Positions 18,550 to 28,167 of a stretch of DNA of 64,000 nt are shown piece after piece. The notes below the pieces were generated by a model. It saw nothing but the letters and a program-made list of their open reading frames with translations, did not search any database and was not told where the DNA came from. Made by a program: the position numbers and the translations under genes. Positions within the stretch are counted from its first letter, which is position 1. The number at the start of each line of letters is the position of its first letter. The DNA comes from an uncultured Bacteroidales bacterium. GTDB taxonomy: Bacteria > Bacteroidota > Bacteroidia > Bacteroidales > Paludibacteraceae. The stretch is taken from the NCBI GenBank assembly GCA_900542355.1, contig UQNE01000002.1, positions 56,957-120,956 of the forward strand, in the 5' to 3' direction.

Positions 18550-20052
18550 GTGGATTCGATACAACTGACACTCTCTCCGCAGGAAGCGCACGAGGCAGAG
18601 CAACGCTACAGGGTGGTAAAACGCTCGGTGGATGCTCGCCAACGCACGCTTAAGGTATTGCTTACCTTATTGCTTGATAATCAAGGTAATAAAGTGGAGC
18701 GAGATGCCCCAATTCCGTTGTATGAGCCGCCTGTATTCCAAGATGTACACCACGCCAAGCACACGGCACATATCATCGGTGCCGGTCCGGCAGGGTTGTT
18801 CGCAGCACTCACTCTGTTGGAGCATGGCATTCGCCCGATTATCTATGAGAGGGGCAAAGAGGTCAGTGCACGCAAAGTGGATATTGCCCGCCTCAACCGC
18901 AATCAGGGGCTGAACACCGAGAGCAACTACTGCTTCGGCGAGGGCGGTGCAGGCACTTTCTCCGACGGCAAACTATTCAGCCGAAGCAAGAAGCGGGGAA
19001 ACATGCAGCGTGTGATGGAATGGTTCCACTATTTCGGTGCGAAAGATAATGTCCTCTACGAGGCGCACGCTCATATAGGTAGCGATAAACTGCCCTCGCT
19101 CATCCGCTCCATGCGTGAGTGTATCATTGCCCACGGCGGGGAGATACACTTCGATACCTGCGTGGATAATGCTCTTTTTCAATCACTTACGCAGTCCGAC
19201 GAACCCATCATTCTCGCTATCGGGCACTCTGCGCACGACACCTATCGTATGCTCGCAGCCAATGGCGTGCGGTTGGAACCGAAAGGTTGCGCTATGGGGG
19301 TGCGTGTGGAGCATCCGCAATCGCTGATCAATCGACTGATGTACCACGACCAACCGCAGGAAATCATTGATATTGTGGGCAATGCGTCGTACTCACTGGT
19401 AACCCAAGCCGGGGGGCGCGGAGTCTATTCGTTCTGTATGTGTCCGGGCGGACATATCGTACCCGCAGGCAGCAGCGAAGAGAGTTGCGTGGTCAATGGT
19501 ATGTCGGCAAGCCGACGCAACTCGCCTTATGCCAACTCGGGCATCGTAGTGGAGATACGCCCCGAGGATGTGGCTGACGGACCGTGGTGCAAAGGGGAGA
19601 ATAGTCTGCCCACTTTGGCATTTCAAGAATGGCTCGAGCACGAGGCGTTCTTGCATGGAGCCGCTGAGAGTCAGGCACCTGCACAGCGATTGTGGGATTT
19701 TGTAGAGGGTAAAACAAGTCGCAACCTGCCGCCTTGCAGTTATTTGCCGGGCATCGTTTCGAGCCGATTAGACGAGTGGTTGCCAGACCTTATCGGCAAG
19801 CGTCTGCAACAAGGTTTTCGCGATTTCGACCGCAAGTATCGTGGCTTTCTGACCAACGAAGCAGTCATCCTCGGTGTAGAGAGCCGGAGTAGCAGTGCCG
19901 TGCGTATTCCGCGCGACCCCGAGACACTTCAATCAGTCTCCATGCCCAACCTCTACCCATGCGGAGAAGGCGCAGGCTACGCTGGAGGTATCACCTCTTC
20001 CGCACTCGACGGCATCAATGCCGCACTCAAGATAGCCGAAAAATATCAATAA
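18550..20052 (+). CDS. FAD-dependent oxidoreductase (COG2509-type uncharacterised FAD-dependent dehydrogenase)
   Basis: GAGPAGLFAAL dinucleotide-binding motif, GEGGAGTFSDGKL, and a C-terminal FAD-dependent-protein domain. Confidence 0.75.
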   Translation: MDSIQLTLSPQEAHEAEQRYRVVKRSVDARQRTLKVLLTLLLDNQGNKVERDAPIPLYEPPVFQDVHHAKHTAHIIGAGPAGLFAALTLLEHGIRPIIYERGKEVSARKVDIARLNRNQGLNTESNYCFGEGGAGTFSDGKLFSRSKKRGNMQRVMEWFHYFGAKDNVLYEAHAHIGSDKLPSLIRSMRECIIAHGGEIHFDTCVDNALFQSLTQSDEPIILAIGHSAHDTYRMLAANGVRLEPKGCAMGVRVEHPQSLINRLMYHDQPQEIIDIVGNASYSLVTQAGGRGVYSFCMCPGGHIVPAGSSEESCVVNGMSASRRNSPYANSGIVVEIRPEDVADGPWCKGENSLPTLAFQEWLEHEAFLHGAAESQAPAQRLWDFVEGKTSRNLPPCSYLPGIVSSRLDEWLPDLIGKRLQQGFRDFDRKYRGFLTNEAVILGVESRSSSAVRIPRDPETLQSVSMPNLYPCGEGAGYAGGITSSALDGINAALKIAEKYQ

Positions 20053-20057
20053 GAGAT

Positions 20058-22274
20058 ATGCACAACGCCAAGCAGATATGCTGTATGCTGATGTTTTTCT
20101 TGTTGAGTATCAGTAATATACAGAGTCAAACCGTTAAGCGAGACACACTGCTTGAAGACTTCTCTTCTGCCGAATGGATGCGCTACTCCAATTACACTTC
20201 GGCGGTACTCACCACGCAAAACAACATCACTTGGCACTTTGAGAATATGCAGGTCGCCCAAGTTGGCAAACTAACCAGCAAAGGATTGGTGTACTACTAC
20301 AATGTCGCTCGCACTTTTGGAAGAATAGAGACAAGCAAAATCAAGGGATTGCGCAAAATAACTTTCGATGTGGCGAGCAATCAAAGTTGTTCATTTATAA
20401 TCAGTTATAGTAATACAGGTAAAAGCAAGGAGTGGACAGAATGCACTCGCTATGCTCAAACAACCGGAATGAAAAGGGATAGCATTATCCTTCCCGAAAC
20501 CGGAGATTATTACATCAAGTTCTATATAGGTGGGTACGATGGTCGTTACTTTTATCTCGACAACATCTCTTTTTACACCGAGGAGACTGACCCCGACTAT
20601 GGTGAGCCAATGGATATTGTGGATTGGACAGAGAATGGTCTGACCCTCAATATGAATGGCTGTGCGCCGGAACAAGGCGTTTCCGTGGGACTGAACGGCG
20701 ACGCAGAACAGCCCATAGAGGAAGGCAACCGCTATTCTTTCTCGGGGAAAAACGATAGGACTTACTGTATCAGTGCACCCGCTTTGCAAAGTGGAGAAAA
20801 CCTGCAACTAAGTGTTCAATATGGTGATTATCAAGGCAATAAGTACGAGTCAAATCGCCGCTACCGCATTCCGTATCTCTACCAAGATGCTACGGTGAGC
20901 AAACTCTCGTTCCGCCCCGATGACGACATCGTTGTGCGTGGAAAGACCACTATCACCACCAATGTGGCGGTGCGCAATGTGTATGTTTATCCCGGTGGTG
21001 AACTGATAGTGAATAACGGGTACACTCTCTTGTGCGCCAATCTGTTCCTTCGCACCACTGCCAACCAATCGGCTGCCGCAAGCGGACAGATAAAAGCACA
21101 CCACACCTACTACACACGCATCGTGGCCGACAAAACGCACTATTTTCAGTTGGCTCTACCTGCCAAATCGCCTGTGCGACAGGTGGTTACCACTGCCGGT
21201 GATACTTGCCTATTGGATAAGCATTGGCGACTGAATACCTACGATACACAACTCCGCGCCGAGCAAGGCACTACCACCGACAACTGGGTGCGCTTCACGG
21301 GCGACACCCTACAGGCCTGCCAAGGCTACGCTATGCTGTCGGCTTCGCCCTACTATCGCGAGTACCTGTTTCCCATCTCGCCTGCTAAAACCGCAAGCAC
21401 TACGCTCGTTGTGCCTACTCAAGCCCCCAAAGGCGACATCGATGCACAGCACGATGGCTGGAACTACCTCTGCTCACCCTATCGGAGCGTGTATATTTGT
21501 ACTCCTGCAAGCGACATAGCAGACCGAATCTACATCTCCGAACTGCGCCCGGACGGCAATTCTTATTGGCAGCACATAGCCGATACCATCTATCCTGCCA
21601 AGCCTTTCTACTACCAATCGGCAACGAGCGGCAATCTCGTATTCGGAGAAATGCTGCACTTTGAATCGACTGTCAATCAGTCGGTTGCAGCACCAATGCT
21701 ACAAACGGACAGCGCCGCTGAGACAACGACACAATGGCTGCAACTGATGCTCCAAGATTCCCTTGGGCAAATCGACGAAAGCCATATTTACCTCCACCCG
21801 ACTCGTTTTGCGGCGGGGTATCAGATTGGCAAAGACCTGCTCAAACTGCGAGGAACGGGTGCACACCTGCTTTTGTACGCCATAATGCCCTATGGCGATT
21901 TGAGCGTCTGTGCCACAGCGGACAGCACGGCGGAGCGGCAAATCAACATTGGCTGTTATTTCGCCGCCAACGGCAAGCATACTATCCGCCTGCACAACCA
22001 AGCCGACACAGAGCGTTTAGCAGAGGTTCTTCTCGTTGATAATCAGGCCAATACACAAACCAACCTCTTGCAAGAGGACTATACCTTCACGGCTTCGCAA
22101 GGCGAATCGAAAGACCGCTTTGCCCTACGCTGTGTATTCCGACAAAAAGCAACACCTACCCGTATCGATACCGATAGTAGGGTAGGTGTCGCTACTAAAT
22201 TTCTTCGCTGCGGACAACTGTTCATCGTCCGTCAAGGCGGTGTCTATGATGCTCTCGGGCGCAAAGCGCACTAA
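20058..22274 (+). CDS. secreted protein, paralog of the C-terminal ~500-aa module of the 2368-aa T9SS protein; its T9SS CTD appears truncated after the YDxLGR motif
   Basis: Signal peptide MHNAKQICCMLMFFLLSISNIQSQ. DGWNYLCSPY and TIYPAKPFYYQ align with HGWNFVGSPY and VTIYPFSAYFVQ of the giant protein. The tail ...GGVYDALGRKAH ends 18 bp before the convergent murG stop. Start chosen at 20058 rather than the ORF-track 19959, which overlaps the upstream gene. Confidence 0.6.
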   Translation: MHNAKQICCMLMFFLLSISNIQSQTVKRDTLLEDFSSAEWMRYSNYTSAVLTTQNNITWHFENMQVAQVGKLTSKGLVYYYNVARTFGRIETSKIKGLRKITFDVASNQSCSFIISYSNTGKSKEWTECTRYAQTTGMKRDSIILPETGDYYIKFYIGGYDGRYFYLDNISFYTEETDPDYGEPMDIVDWTENGLTLNMNGCAPEQGVSVGLNGDAEQPIEEGNRYSFSGKNDRTYCISAPALQSGENLQLSVQYGDYQGNKYESNRRYRIPYLYQDATVSKLSFRPDDDIVVRGKTTITTNVAVRNVYVYPGGELIVNNGYTLLCANLFLRTTANQSAAASGQIKAHHTYYTRIVADKTHYFQLALPAKSPVRQVVTTAGDTCLLDKHWRLNTYDTQLRAEQGTTTDNWVRFTGDTLQACQGYAMLSASPYYREYLFPISPAKTASTTLVVPTQAPKGDIDAQHDGWNYLCSPYRSVYICTPASDIADRIYISELRPDGNSYWQHIADTIYPAKPFYYQSATSGNLVFGEMLHFESTVNQSVAAPMLQTDSAAETTTQWLQLMLQDSLGQIDESHIYLHPTRFAAGYQIGKDLLKLRGTGAHLLLYAIMPYGDLSVCATADSTAERQINIGCYFAANGKHTIRLHNQADTERLAEVLLVDNQANTQTNLLQEDYTFTASQGESKDRFALRCVFRQKATPTRIDTDSRVGVATKFLRCGQLFIVRQGGVYDALGRKAH

Positions 22275-22292
22275 GAGCAAACTGCTGATTTT

Positions 22293-23402
22293 CTACACTT
22301 TATGCTGAGCCAGGCGGATTACCTCCTCGGCGATACGCGTAGCCGAATCGGCTTGCGCCAAGGTCAGCACATGGTTGTGCAGTTGTTTCAGCCGCTCTTT
22401 ATTCTCAATCAGTGAGAGTGCAGTGGAAACCAACTGCTCTTTTGCCTCCACATCACGCACTAGCACCGCTGCATCTTTCTTCACCAAAGCCATCGCATTG
22501 TGGGTCTGATGGTCCTCCGCCACATTCGGCGAAGGCACCAAGATAGCAGGTTTGCCCAACAGGCACAACTCGCTGATACTGCTGGCTCCCGCACGCGAGA
22601 TAACCAAATCAGCCATGGCGTAGGTATCGGGCATATTGCTCAAGAATGGGGTAATCACCGATACCTCGGTGGTAGCAGGTAGGGTCTTGACGATGTCGTC
22701 GTAGTACGCCTTGCCCGTCTGCCAAATCAGTTGTACACCCGAGCAAACTAATTGGTTGTACCCGTTCTGAATAGCCTCATTGATAGTGCGTGCGCCCAGG
22801 CTGCCGCCGATAACCAACAGAATGGGTTTGTTGGGGTCGAACTGTACACCAAACTCCTTATTGAAGTAGTCCAGTCCTTCCTGTTTGCTGCCTTGCGTCA
22901 GGTTTTGCCGAACGGGGTTGCCCGTCAAGATAATTTTCTCTTTGGGGAAGAAACGCTCCATCCCCTCATAAGCCACGCATATCTTCGCTGCATCGTCTTT
23001 GAGCAGTTTGTTGGTAACGCCCGCAAAGCCGTTCTGCTCTTGCAGAAGAATAGGTATCCCCATCCGTGCCGCCACTTTCATTGCGGCTCCGCTGGCATAT
23101 CCGCCTACACCTACCCCCACATCGGGGCGGAACTCACGGATGACCTTCTTTGCCATACACATCGAGCGCATCAGGTCAATCAGTACGGAGATGTTCTTCC
23201 ACGGCTTGGCACGATTGAAGCCGCGCACAGGCAGTCCTACGATACGATACCCCGCTTGCGGTACACGCTCCATCTCCATTCGTCCCAGCGCACCTACAAA
23301 CAAGATGTCTGCTTTCGAGTCAAGTTGGCGCAACGCATTAGCGATACTCACGGCAGGGAAAATATGCCCGCCCGTTCCGCCTCCGGAAATAAGGTACTTC
23401 AT
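22293..23402 (-). CDS. murG: undecaprenyldiphospho-muramoylpentapeptide beta-N-acetylglucosaminyltransferase
   Basis: ISGGGTGGHIFPA N-terminus. GT28 family. Confidence 0.95.
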   Translation of the reverse strand: MKYLISGGGTGGHIFPAVSIANALRQLDSKADILFVGALGRMEMERVPQAGYRIVGLPVRGFNRAKPWKNISVLIDLMRSMCMAKKVIREFRPDVGVGVGGYASGAAMKVAARMGIPILLQEQNGFAGVTNKLLKDDAAKICVAYEGMERFFPKEKIILTGNPVRQNLTQGSKQEGLDYFNKEFGVQFDPNKPILLVIGGSLGARTINEAIQNGYNQLVCSGVQLIWQTGKAYYDDIVKTLPATTEVSVITPFLSNMPDTYAMADLVISRAGASSISELCLLGKPAILVPSPNVAEDHQTHNAMALVKKDAAVLVRDVEAKEQLVSTALSLIENKERLKQLHNHVLTLAQADSATRIAEEVIRLAQHKV

Positions 23403-23435
23403 AGTTTTATACTAAATTATTGTTAATTTTCAACG

Positions 23436-23499
23436 CTCAATCGCAGCCGTTTCAGTCCTGTTTTTGTCGAACTTTTGTCGAGACCTAATCGAGACCTAA
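23436..23499 (-). repeat. copy (D) of the TTAGGTCTCGAttAGGTCTCGA repeat family, inside the dcw cluster between ftsW and murG
   Basis: Reverse complement reads TTAGGTCTCGATTAGGTCTCGACAAAAGTTCGACAAAAACAGGACTGAAACGGCTGCG. Same orientation as dcw transcription. Confidence 0.7.
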
Positions 23500-23525
23500 G
23501 GCTGTGTTGCAACTTTTAGTTATTT

Positions 23526-24776
23526 TTACTCAACCTCGATGTCAGGTACATCGTTTTCGCTGGCATCGATGGTCGCTTTTTGGCGATCGAGCAACATACT
23601 CTGCTCGCGGCTGACGCACATCATTATCCCCAAATAGACGCTCGTTACCAATACGCTGGTTCCTCCCCTACTGATAAACGGCAACGGCTGTCCCGTAACG
23701 GGCATTATCCCGACAGCCACAGCCATTGACATCAGTGCCTGGCAGGTAATCATCAAAGCCAACCCCATCACCATCAGCATTGCAGACATGTCGGAGAACT
23801 TGGTGCTGGTAATACAGGCTCGCCCTAACAGCGACACATAGAGGAAAATCACAAAGATAGCACCTACCAATCCCGACTCCTCTACGATAATCGCAAAGAT
23901 ATAATCCGCAAACGCAAGTGGCAGATAATCACGCTCTTTGCTATTGCCGGGCAACACTCCGATAGGCGATATTCCTCCTCGTGCAATCGCCACATTGGCA
24001 TACACCTCCTGGCGATTGGCATCTGTGATTTTTACTTCTGCCGTTTTGTCGTCAGGCACACTACCACTCATCCATCTATCCATACGACTTATCCATGTGC
24101 TCGCACGCGAGAGAATGGGTAATTCTTTACCCTTCCGAACATAGCCAAAATCCGCTATACAAAAGCCCACCACAGCCACAACCGCTACAATCGCGGCCGT
24201 ACTTGCCCAAAATTTCCAAGGAATACGCCCCAACACCCACAAGAGGAATACTACAATACAAAGGAGAACGGCCGTGGAAAGATTGCTCACCATAATTGGA
24301 ATAGCCGCAAAAGCAGTAATACCCAGCGTCCAAAAAAAATACTTCTTTTTCTCCTTATCTGTCTTCGCCCGAGAGAGCAAATCTGCGACAACTATCACCA
24401 ACGACAACTTGACTAATTCCGATGGCTGGAAACGAACACCAAACAACTTCAGCCAGCGTCCCTCGCCGTTTATTTTTACTATAAAAGGGTTATTGGGAAT
24501 TAGTAGCGAGTAGACCATCACCAATGACACCACAAGCAAAGCATAGCCACCTATACGGACATATTGAGAAGGCAAAAACTGCAAGCCAAAGGCAACGACA
24601 ACGCCTATCAACATAAACGCAATTTGCCCACCGACGGTACCAAAAGGCGAATTGCTCTTATAGACCAGTGTACTTGATGCCGAAAACAGTGCCAAAGACG
24701 ACACAAAAATCAATAGGGCGAATATCGTCCAGAAAGTCGCGTCGGTATATTTCAGATTGGGAAATTTTAGTTTCAT
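23526..24776 (-). CDS. ftsW: peptidoglycan glycosyltransferase FtsW (SEDS family)
   Basis: 10-TM SEDS protein in the canonical dcw position. Confidence 0.9.
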   Translation of the reverse strand: MKLKFPNLKYTDATFWTIFALLIFVSSLALFSASSTLVYKSNSPFGTVGGQIAFMLIGVVVAFGLQFLPSQYVRIGGYALLVVSLVMVYSLLIPNNPFIVKINGEGRWLKLFGVRFQPSELVKLSLVIVVADLLSRAKTDKEKKKYFFWTLGITAFAAIPIMVSNLSTAVLLCIVVFLLWVLGRIPWKFWASTAAIVAVVAVVGFCIADFGYVRKGKELPILSRASTWISRMDRWMSGSVPDDKTAEVKITDANRQEVYANVAIARGGISPIGVLPGNSKERDYLPLAFADYIFAIIVEESGLVGAIFVIFLYVSLLGRACITSTKFSDMSAMLMVMGLALMITCQALMSMAVAVGIMPVTGQPLPFISRGGTSVLVTSVYLGIMMCVSREQSMLLDRQKATIDASENDVPDIEVE

Positions 24777-24804
24777 AAACTACTCTTTGGGTGTATATTT
24801 TCTG

Positions 24805-26163
24805 CTACAGACGGCGCACGGCTGCCATAAATTGGTCGCCTCGATCCTCGTATGACTTAAACAAATCGAAACTGGCGCAGCAAGGTGAGAGCAGTACCGT
24901 ATCGCCCTCATGCGCAGCACGATACGCACCCTCAACGGCATCGTGCAGGTTGTCGGTATCGATAATCGGCAGTCCGAACGAACCGAAATGCTCACGCAGT
25001 TTCTCGTTGTGCAACCCCATAAACACCAGGGTGTGGCATTTCTCACGCACCAAATCATCGATCTCCGAATAGTCGTTGCCCTTATCTTTTCCGCCCAAGA
25101 TGAGCACCGTCGGAGTGGTCATCGACTCCAACGCATACCAGCACGAATTGACATTGGTGGCTTTAGAATCGTTGATAAAACGCACACCACGCACCGTGGC
25201 TACATACTGCAGACGGTGCTCCACCCCGGCAAACTGCATCAGGCTCTCACGAATGACATCGTTTTTGATGTGCAGTATCTGTGCTGCCAACGATGCCGCC
25301 ATCGAGTTGAGTTGGTTGTGTTTTCCTTTCAAACTCAGTTGATCTACAGGCACTTGCAGCGGGTCAGATACATTCACAATCAAATTGTTCGCCTCTACCC
25401 ATGCCGCATTCACCCCGCCTATGTTGTCGGCAGATTGTGCCGGCGTGTCAAAGCCGAACGGGTAGAGTGTAGCCCCCGGACGGAGTTTGTGTATCTCGCG
25501 GTCAATCACCGGATCTTCCGACCAATAGATGAAAGCATCGTCCTTTGTTTGGTTTTGCGTAATGCGGAACTTAGCATTCACATAGTTCTGAAAATCAAAG
25601 CCATAGCGGTCGAGATGGTCGGGTGTAATATTCATCAAGATGGCTATGTTCGCACGAAAATCATACATATTGTCCAACTGGAACGACGACAACTCAATCA
25701 CATAGTAGTCGTGCTTCTCGTGCGCCACTTGCAGCGCAAGCGAGTTGCCGATATTACCGGCCAACCCTACATTTAGCCCCGCACGGCGAAGAATGTCGTA
25801 GATAAGCGAGGTCGTAGTGGTCTTGCCGTTGGAACCCGTGATGCAGATCATCTTAGCATCGGTGTAGCGTGCGGCAAACTCAATCTCCGATAAGATGGGC
25901 GTGCCTTGGGCTTGCAACTTCAGAATCATCGGCGCAGTGAGCGGAATACCCGGACTCTTGATTACCTCGTCGGCATTGAGGATAAGAGACTCGGTATGCT
26001 GTCCGCCCTCCCACGCAATGGCGTTTTGGTCCAGCAACGCACGATAGGCGGGCTTGATCTCGCCCATATCACTGACAAAGACATCAAAGCCTTTTTCTTT
26101 GGCGAGAATGGCGGCTCCCGTCCCCGACTCGCCCGCTCCAAGCACTACAATTCGTTTTTTCAT
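24805..26163 (-). CDS. murD: UDP-N-acetylmuramoylalanine--D-glutamate ligase
   Basis: VLGAGESGTGAA N-terminus and ITGSNGKTTTT P-loop. Confidence 0.95.
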   Translation of the reverse strand: MKKRIVVLGAGESGTGAAILAKEKGFDVFVSDMGEIKPAYRALLDQNAIAWEGGQHTESLILNADEVIKSPGIPLTAPMILKLQAQGTPILSEIEFAARYTDAKMICITGSNGKTTTTSLIYDILRRAGLNVGLAGNIGNSLALQVAHEKHDYYVIELSSFQLDNMYDFRANIAILMNITPDHLDRYGFDFQNYVNAKFRITQNQTKDDAFIYWSEDPVIDREIHKLRPGATLYPFGFDTPAQSADNIGGVNAAWVEANNLIVNVSDPLQVPVDQLSLKGKHNQLNSMAASLAAQILHIKNDVIRESLMQFAGVEHRLQYVATVRGVRFINDSKATNVNSCWYALESMTTPTVLILGGKDKGNDYSEIDDLVREKCHTLVFMGLHNEKLREHFGSFGLPIIDTDNLHDAVEGAYRAAHEGDTVLLSPCCASFDLFKSYEDRGDQFMAAVRRL

Positions 26164-26189
26164 AATCCACTATATTATTTTAAGTGAAC

Positions 26190-26779
26190 ATTAATTACCA
26201 TATAATTTACCATTAATTTCTATCTCGACCACAAGCATGGTCTTGCATAGAGTATTAATTATCATTTAATTTATCATTAACGCCATCCCTCTAAATCCAT
26301 CATGCTTCATCTATTATTTGCTATATACAACTTGCATATCTTTATTCACTAAATCACAAATGTTTGTTTTTGGGTCATATACCCAACGCTCACCTACAAG
26401 ACTTTTTTCACCAAAATTGATCAACAAACCTATTGGTTTCTTCGTCAATCGGAGATAATTACATAATTGTGCTCTGTGATCAGAGGTCAAGTGCTCTACA
26501 GATTTGAGTTCTATGACAATATCGCCAACTAAAAAATCTACCTTATATTTTTTCTCCAATAGGTGGTTCTTGTACCGAATAGGTATTTCCTGCTCGCGCT
26601 CGTTTGGAATATTCATATCATTGAGTTCTACTTGAAGAGCCTCTTGGTAGATTGGTTCAAGCAAGCCGAACCCCAACTCATGATGTACTTCCATGGCTGC
26701 ACCTATTATGTTGTAAATCTGCTGTTTATATTCTTGTATAGAGAACATAATTAATGAATAATTATATGTTAATTATATG
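26190..26779 (-). mobile_element. putative miniature cassette carrying a GxxExxY gene, bounded by imperfect AT-rich inverted repeats (26190-26219 and 26749-26779) and inserted between murD and mraY
   Basis: rc(26190-26219)=aaattaatggtaaattatatggtaattaat versus 26749-26779 aattaatgaataattatatgttaattatatg, ~23/29 identical. A second direct copy of the left repeat lies at 26254-26280. The cassette is AT-rich relative to the flanking dcw genes. Confidence 0.35.
26314..26748 (-). CDS. GxxExxY protein (PD-(D/E)XK nuclease-like small protein family)
   Basis: GFGLLEPIYQEAL is the G-x-x-E-x-x-Y signature. Also DFLVGDIVIELKSVE, consistent with a PD-(D/E)xK core. 144 aa is the typical size. Confidence 0.8.
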   Translation of the reverse strand: MFSIQEYKQQIYNIIGAAMEVHHELGFGLLEPIYQEALQVELNDMNIPNEREQEIPIRYKNHLLEKKYKVDFLVGDIVIELKSVEHLTSDHRAQLCNYLRLTKKPIGLLINFGEKSLVGERWVYDPKTNICDLVNKDMQVVYSK

Positions 26780-26792
26780 TTTATAAAGCCAA

Positions 26793-28064
26793 TCAGCGGA
26801 TTTTGAGGGTAAGGATGGTGAGGGCGGCAAGCAGGAGCGAAACAATACAGAAACGCAGGACTATCTTGGTTTCGTGTTGCAAGTCGGACGAACCTTTGAA
26901 CTTCACAACACAAGTGGGGTCGTTGCGTAGCACCTGCTCTATCGATGTGCGGTAGTGGTCGTGTAGCGGGGTGCGTTTCCATACGCGGATATGTTTGCCG
27001 CGCTTCTTGGCGAACTTGTACACCTGTGTTTGCACAATCACTGAGATACTCTCCATGAGGAATACCCCACACAAGAGCGGCACCATCAGTTCTTTGTGGA
27101 TAATCACGGCGCACACACCGATGATACCACCGATAGTAAGGCTGCCCGTATCGCCCATGAATATCTGTGCCGGGAAACCATTGTACCACAAGAAACCTAC
27201 CAGTGCACCCACAAAAGTAGCCAAAAAGACTACCAGTTCTTCGCTGCCCGGTATGTACATCACATCGAAATACTCTGCCCACACATAACTGCCGCTCACA
27301 TACGCCAGCACTATCAGCGCGACGCCGATGATAGCGGAGTTGCCCGCACACATCCCGTCCATACCGTCGTTGAGGTTGGCGCCGTTGCTTACTGCCGCCA
27401 CCACAAAGATAGTGAGCAATACGAAGAATATCCAACCTGCACGGTACTTGTTTTCCTCGCCCAGGAAAGAGAACAAGTCGGCATAGTTGAAGTTGTGGTG
27501 TTTAACGAAGGGGATAGTTGTCTGAGTGGATTTCACCGCAGGGGTCTTCTCGACCATGGTGATATTGTTCTCTACTCGGGTATTAACCACCTCATTCATA
27601 GTTACTTCGGGGCTGTAGCGGAGGGTCAATCCCACTATCAGCCCGAGTGTAACCTGTCCCGCTATCTTCACCCAACCGTTGAGGCCGTCTTTGTTGTGGC
27701 GGAAAGTCTTGATATAGTCGTCAGCAAAGCCTAATGCACCGAGGATGAGCGTGGTGATAATCATCAGAATCATATAGATATTGCTCAGTTTGCCAAACAG
27801 CAAACAGGGCACTAAGATGCTTACTATGATTACTATTCCGCCCATTGTAGGTACGCCTTTTTTGGCTACATTGAACGGGTCGGTCTTCTCATCTCGCTGT
27901 GTCTCGGAGATGTGCTTGCGCTTCATCAGACGAATGAAGAACTTGCCGAAGTAGATACTCACCAACAGTGCCAAGACGCCGGCGATGATAGCCCGAAATG
28001 AGATATAGGTCATCAAGCGCGCCCCGGGCAGTTGGTTGAAATATGTGAATAGCGAATAAAACAT
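26793..28064 (-). CDS. mraY: phospho-N-acetylmuramoyl-pentapeptide-transferase
   Basis: NLNDGMDG and DTGS motifs, with the Bacteroidetes-type insertion. Confidence 0.95.
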   Translation of the reverse strand: MFYSLFTYFNQLPGARLMTYISFRAIIAGVLALLVSIYFGKFFIRLMKRKHISETQRDEKTDPFNVAKKGVPTMGGIVIIVSILVPCLLFGKLSNIYMILMIITTLILGALGFADDYIKTFRHNKDGLNGWVKIAGQVTLGLIVGLTLRYSPEVTMNEVVNTRVENNITMVEKTPAVKSTQTTIPFVKHHNFNYADLFSFLGEENKYRAGWIFFVLLTIFVVAAVSNGANLNDGMDGMCAGNSAIIGVALIVLAYVSGSYVWAEYFDVMYIPGSEELVVFLATFVGALVGFLWYNGFPAQIFMGDTGSLTIGGIIGVCAVIIHKELMVPLLCGVFLMESISVIVQTQVYKFAKKRGKHIRVWKRTPLHDHYRTSIEQVLRNDPTCVVKFKGSSDLQHETKIVLRFCIVSLLLAALTILTLKIR

Positions 28065-28167
28065 TTTCTATGTAAGTGTAAAGTTCTATATGGGTTGTAT
28101 GTAAATTTTATATAGGTGTGAATACCTTGTATCTCGGTACGAACACTGTTCGTTGATAAGGGTATCG

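Noticed and set aside
19959-20057. Upstream extension of the 771-aa gene (MRRRRRLRWRYHLFRTRRHQ...) overlapping the FAD-oxidoreductase gene
   Set aside because: Arg-rich nonsense overlapping the preceding gene's 3' end. The Met at 20058 begins a proper signal peptide.
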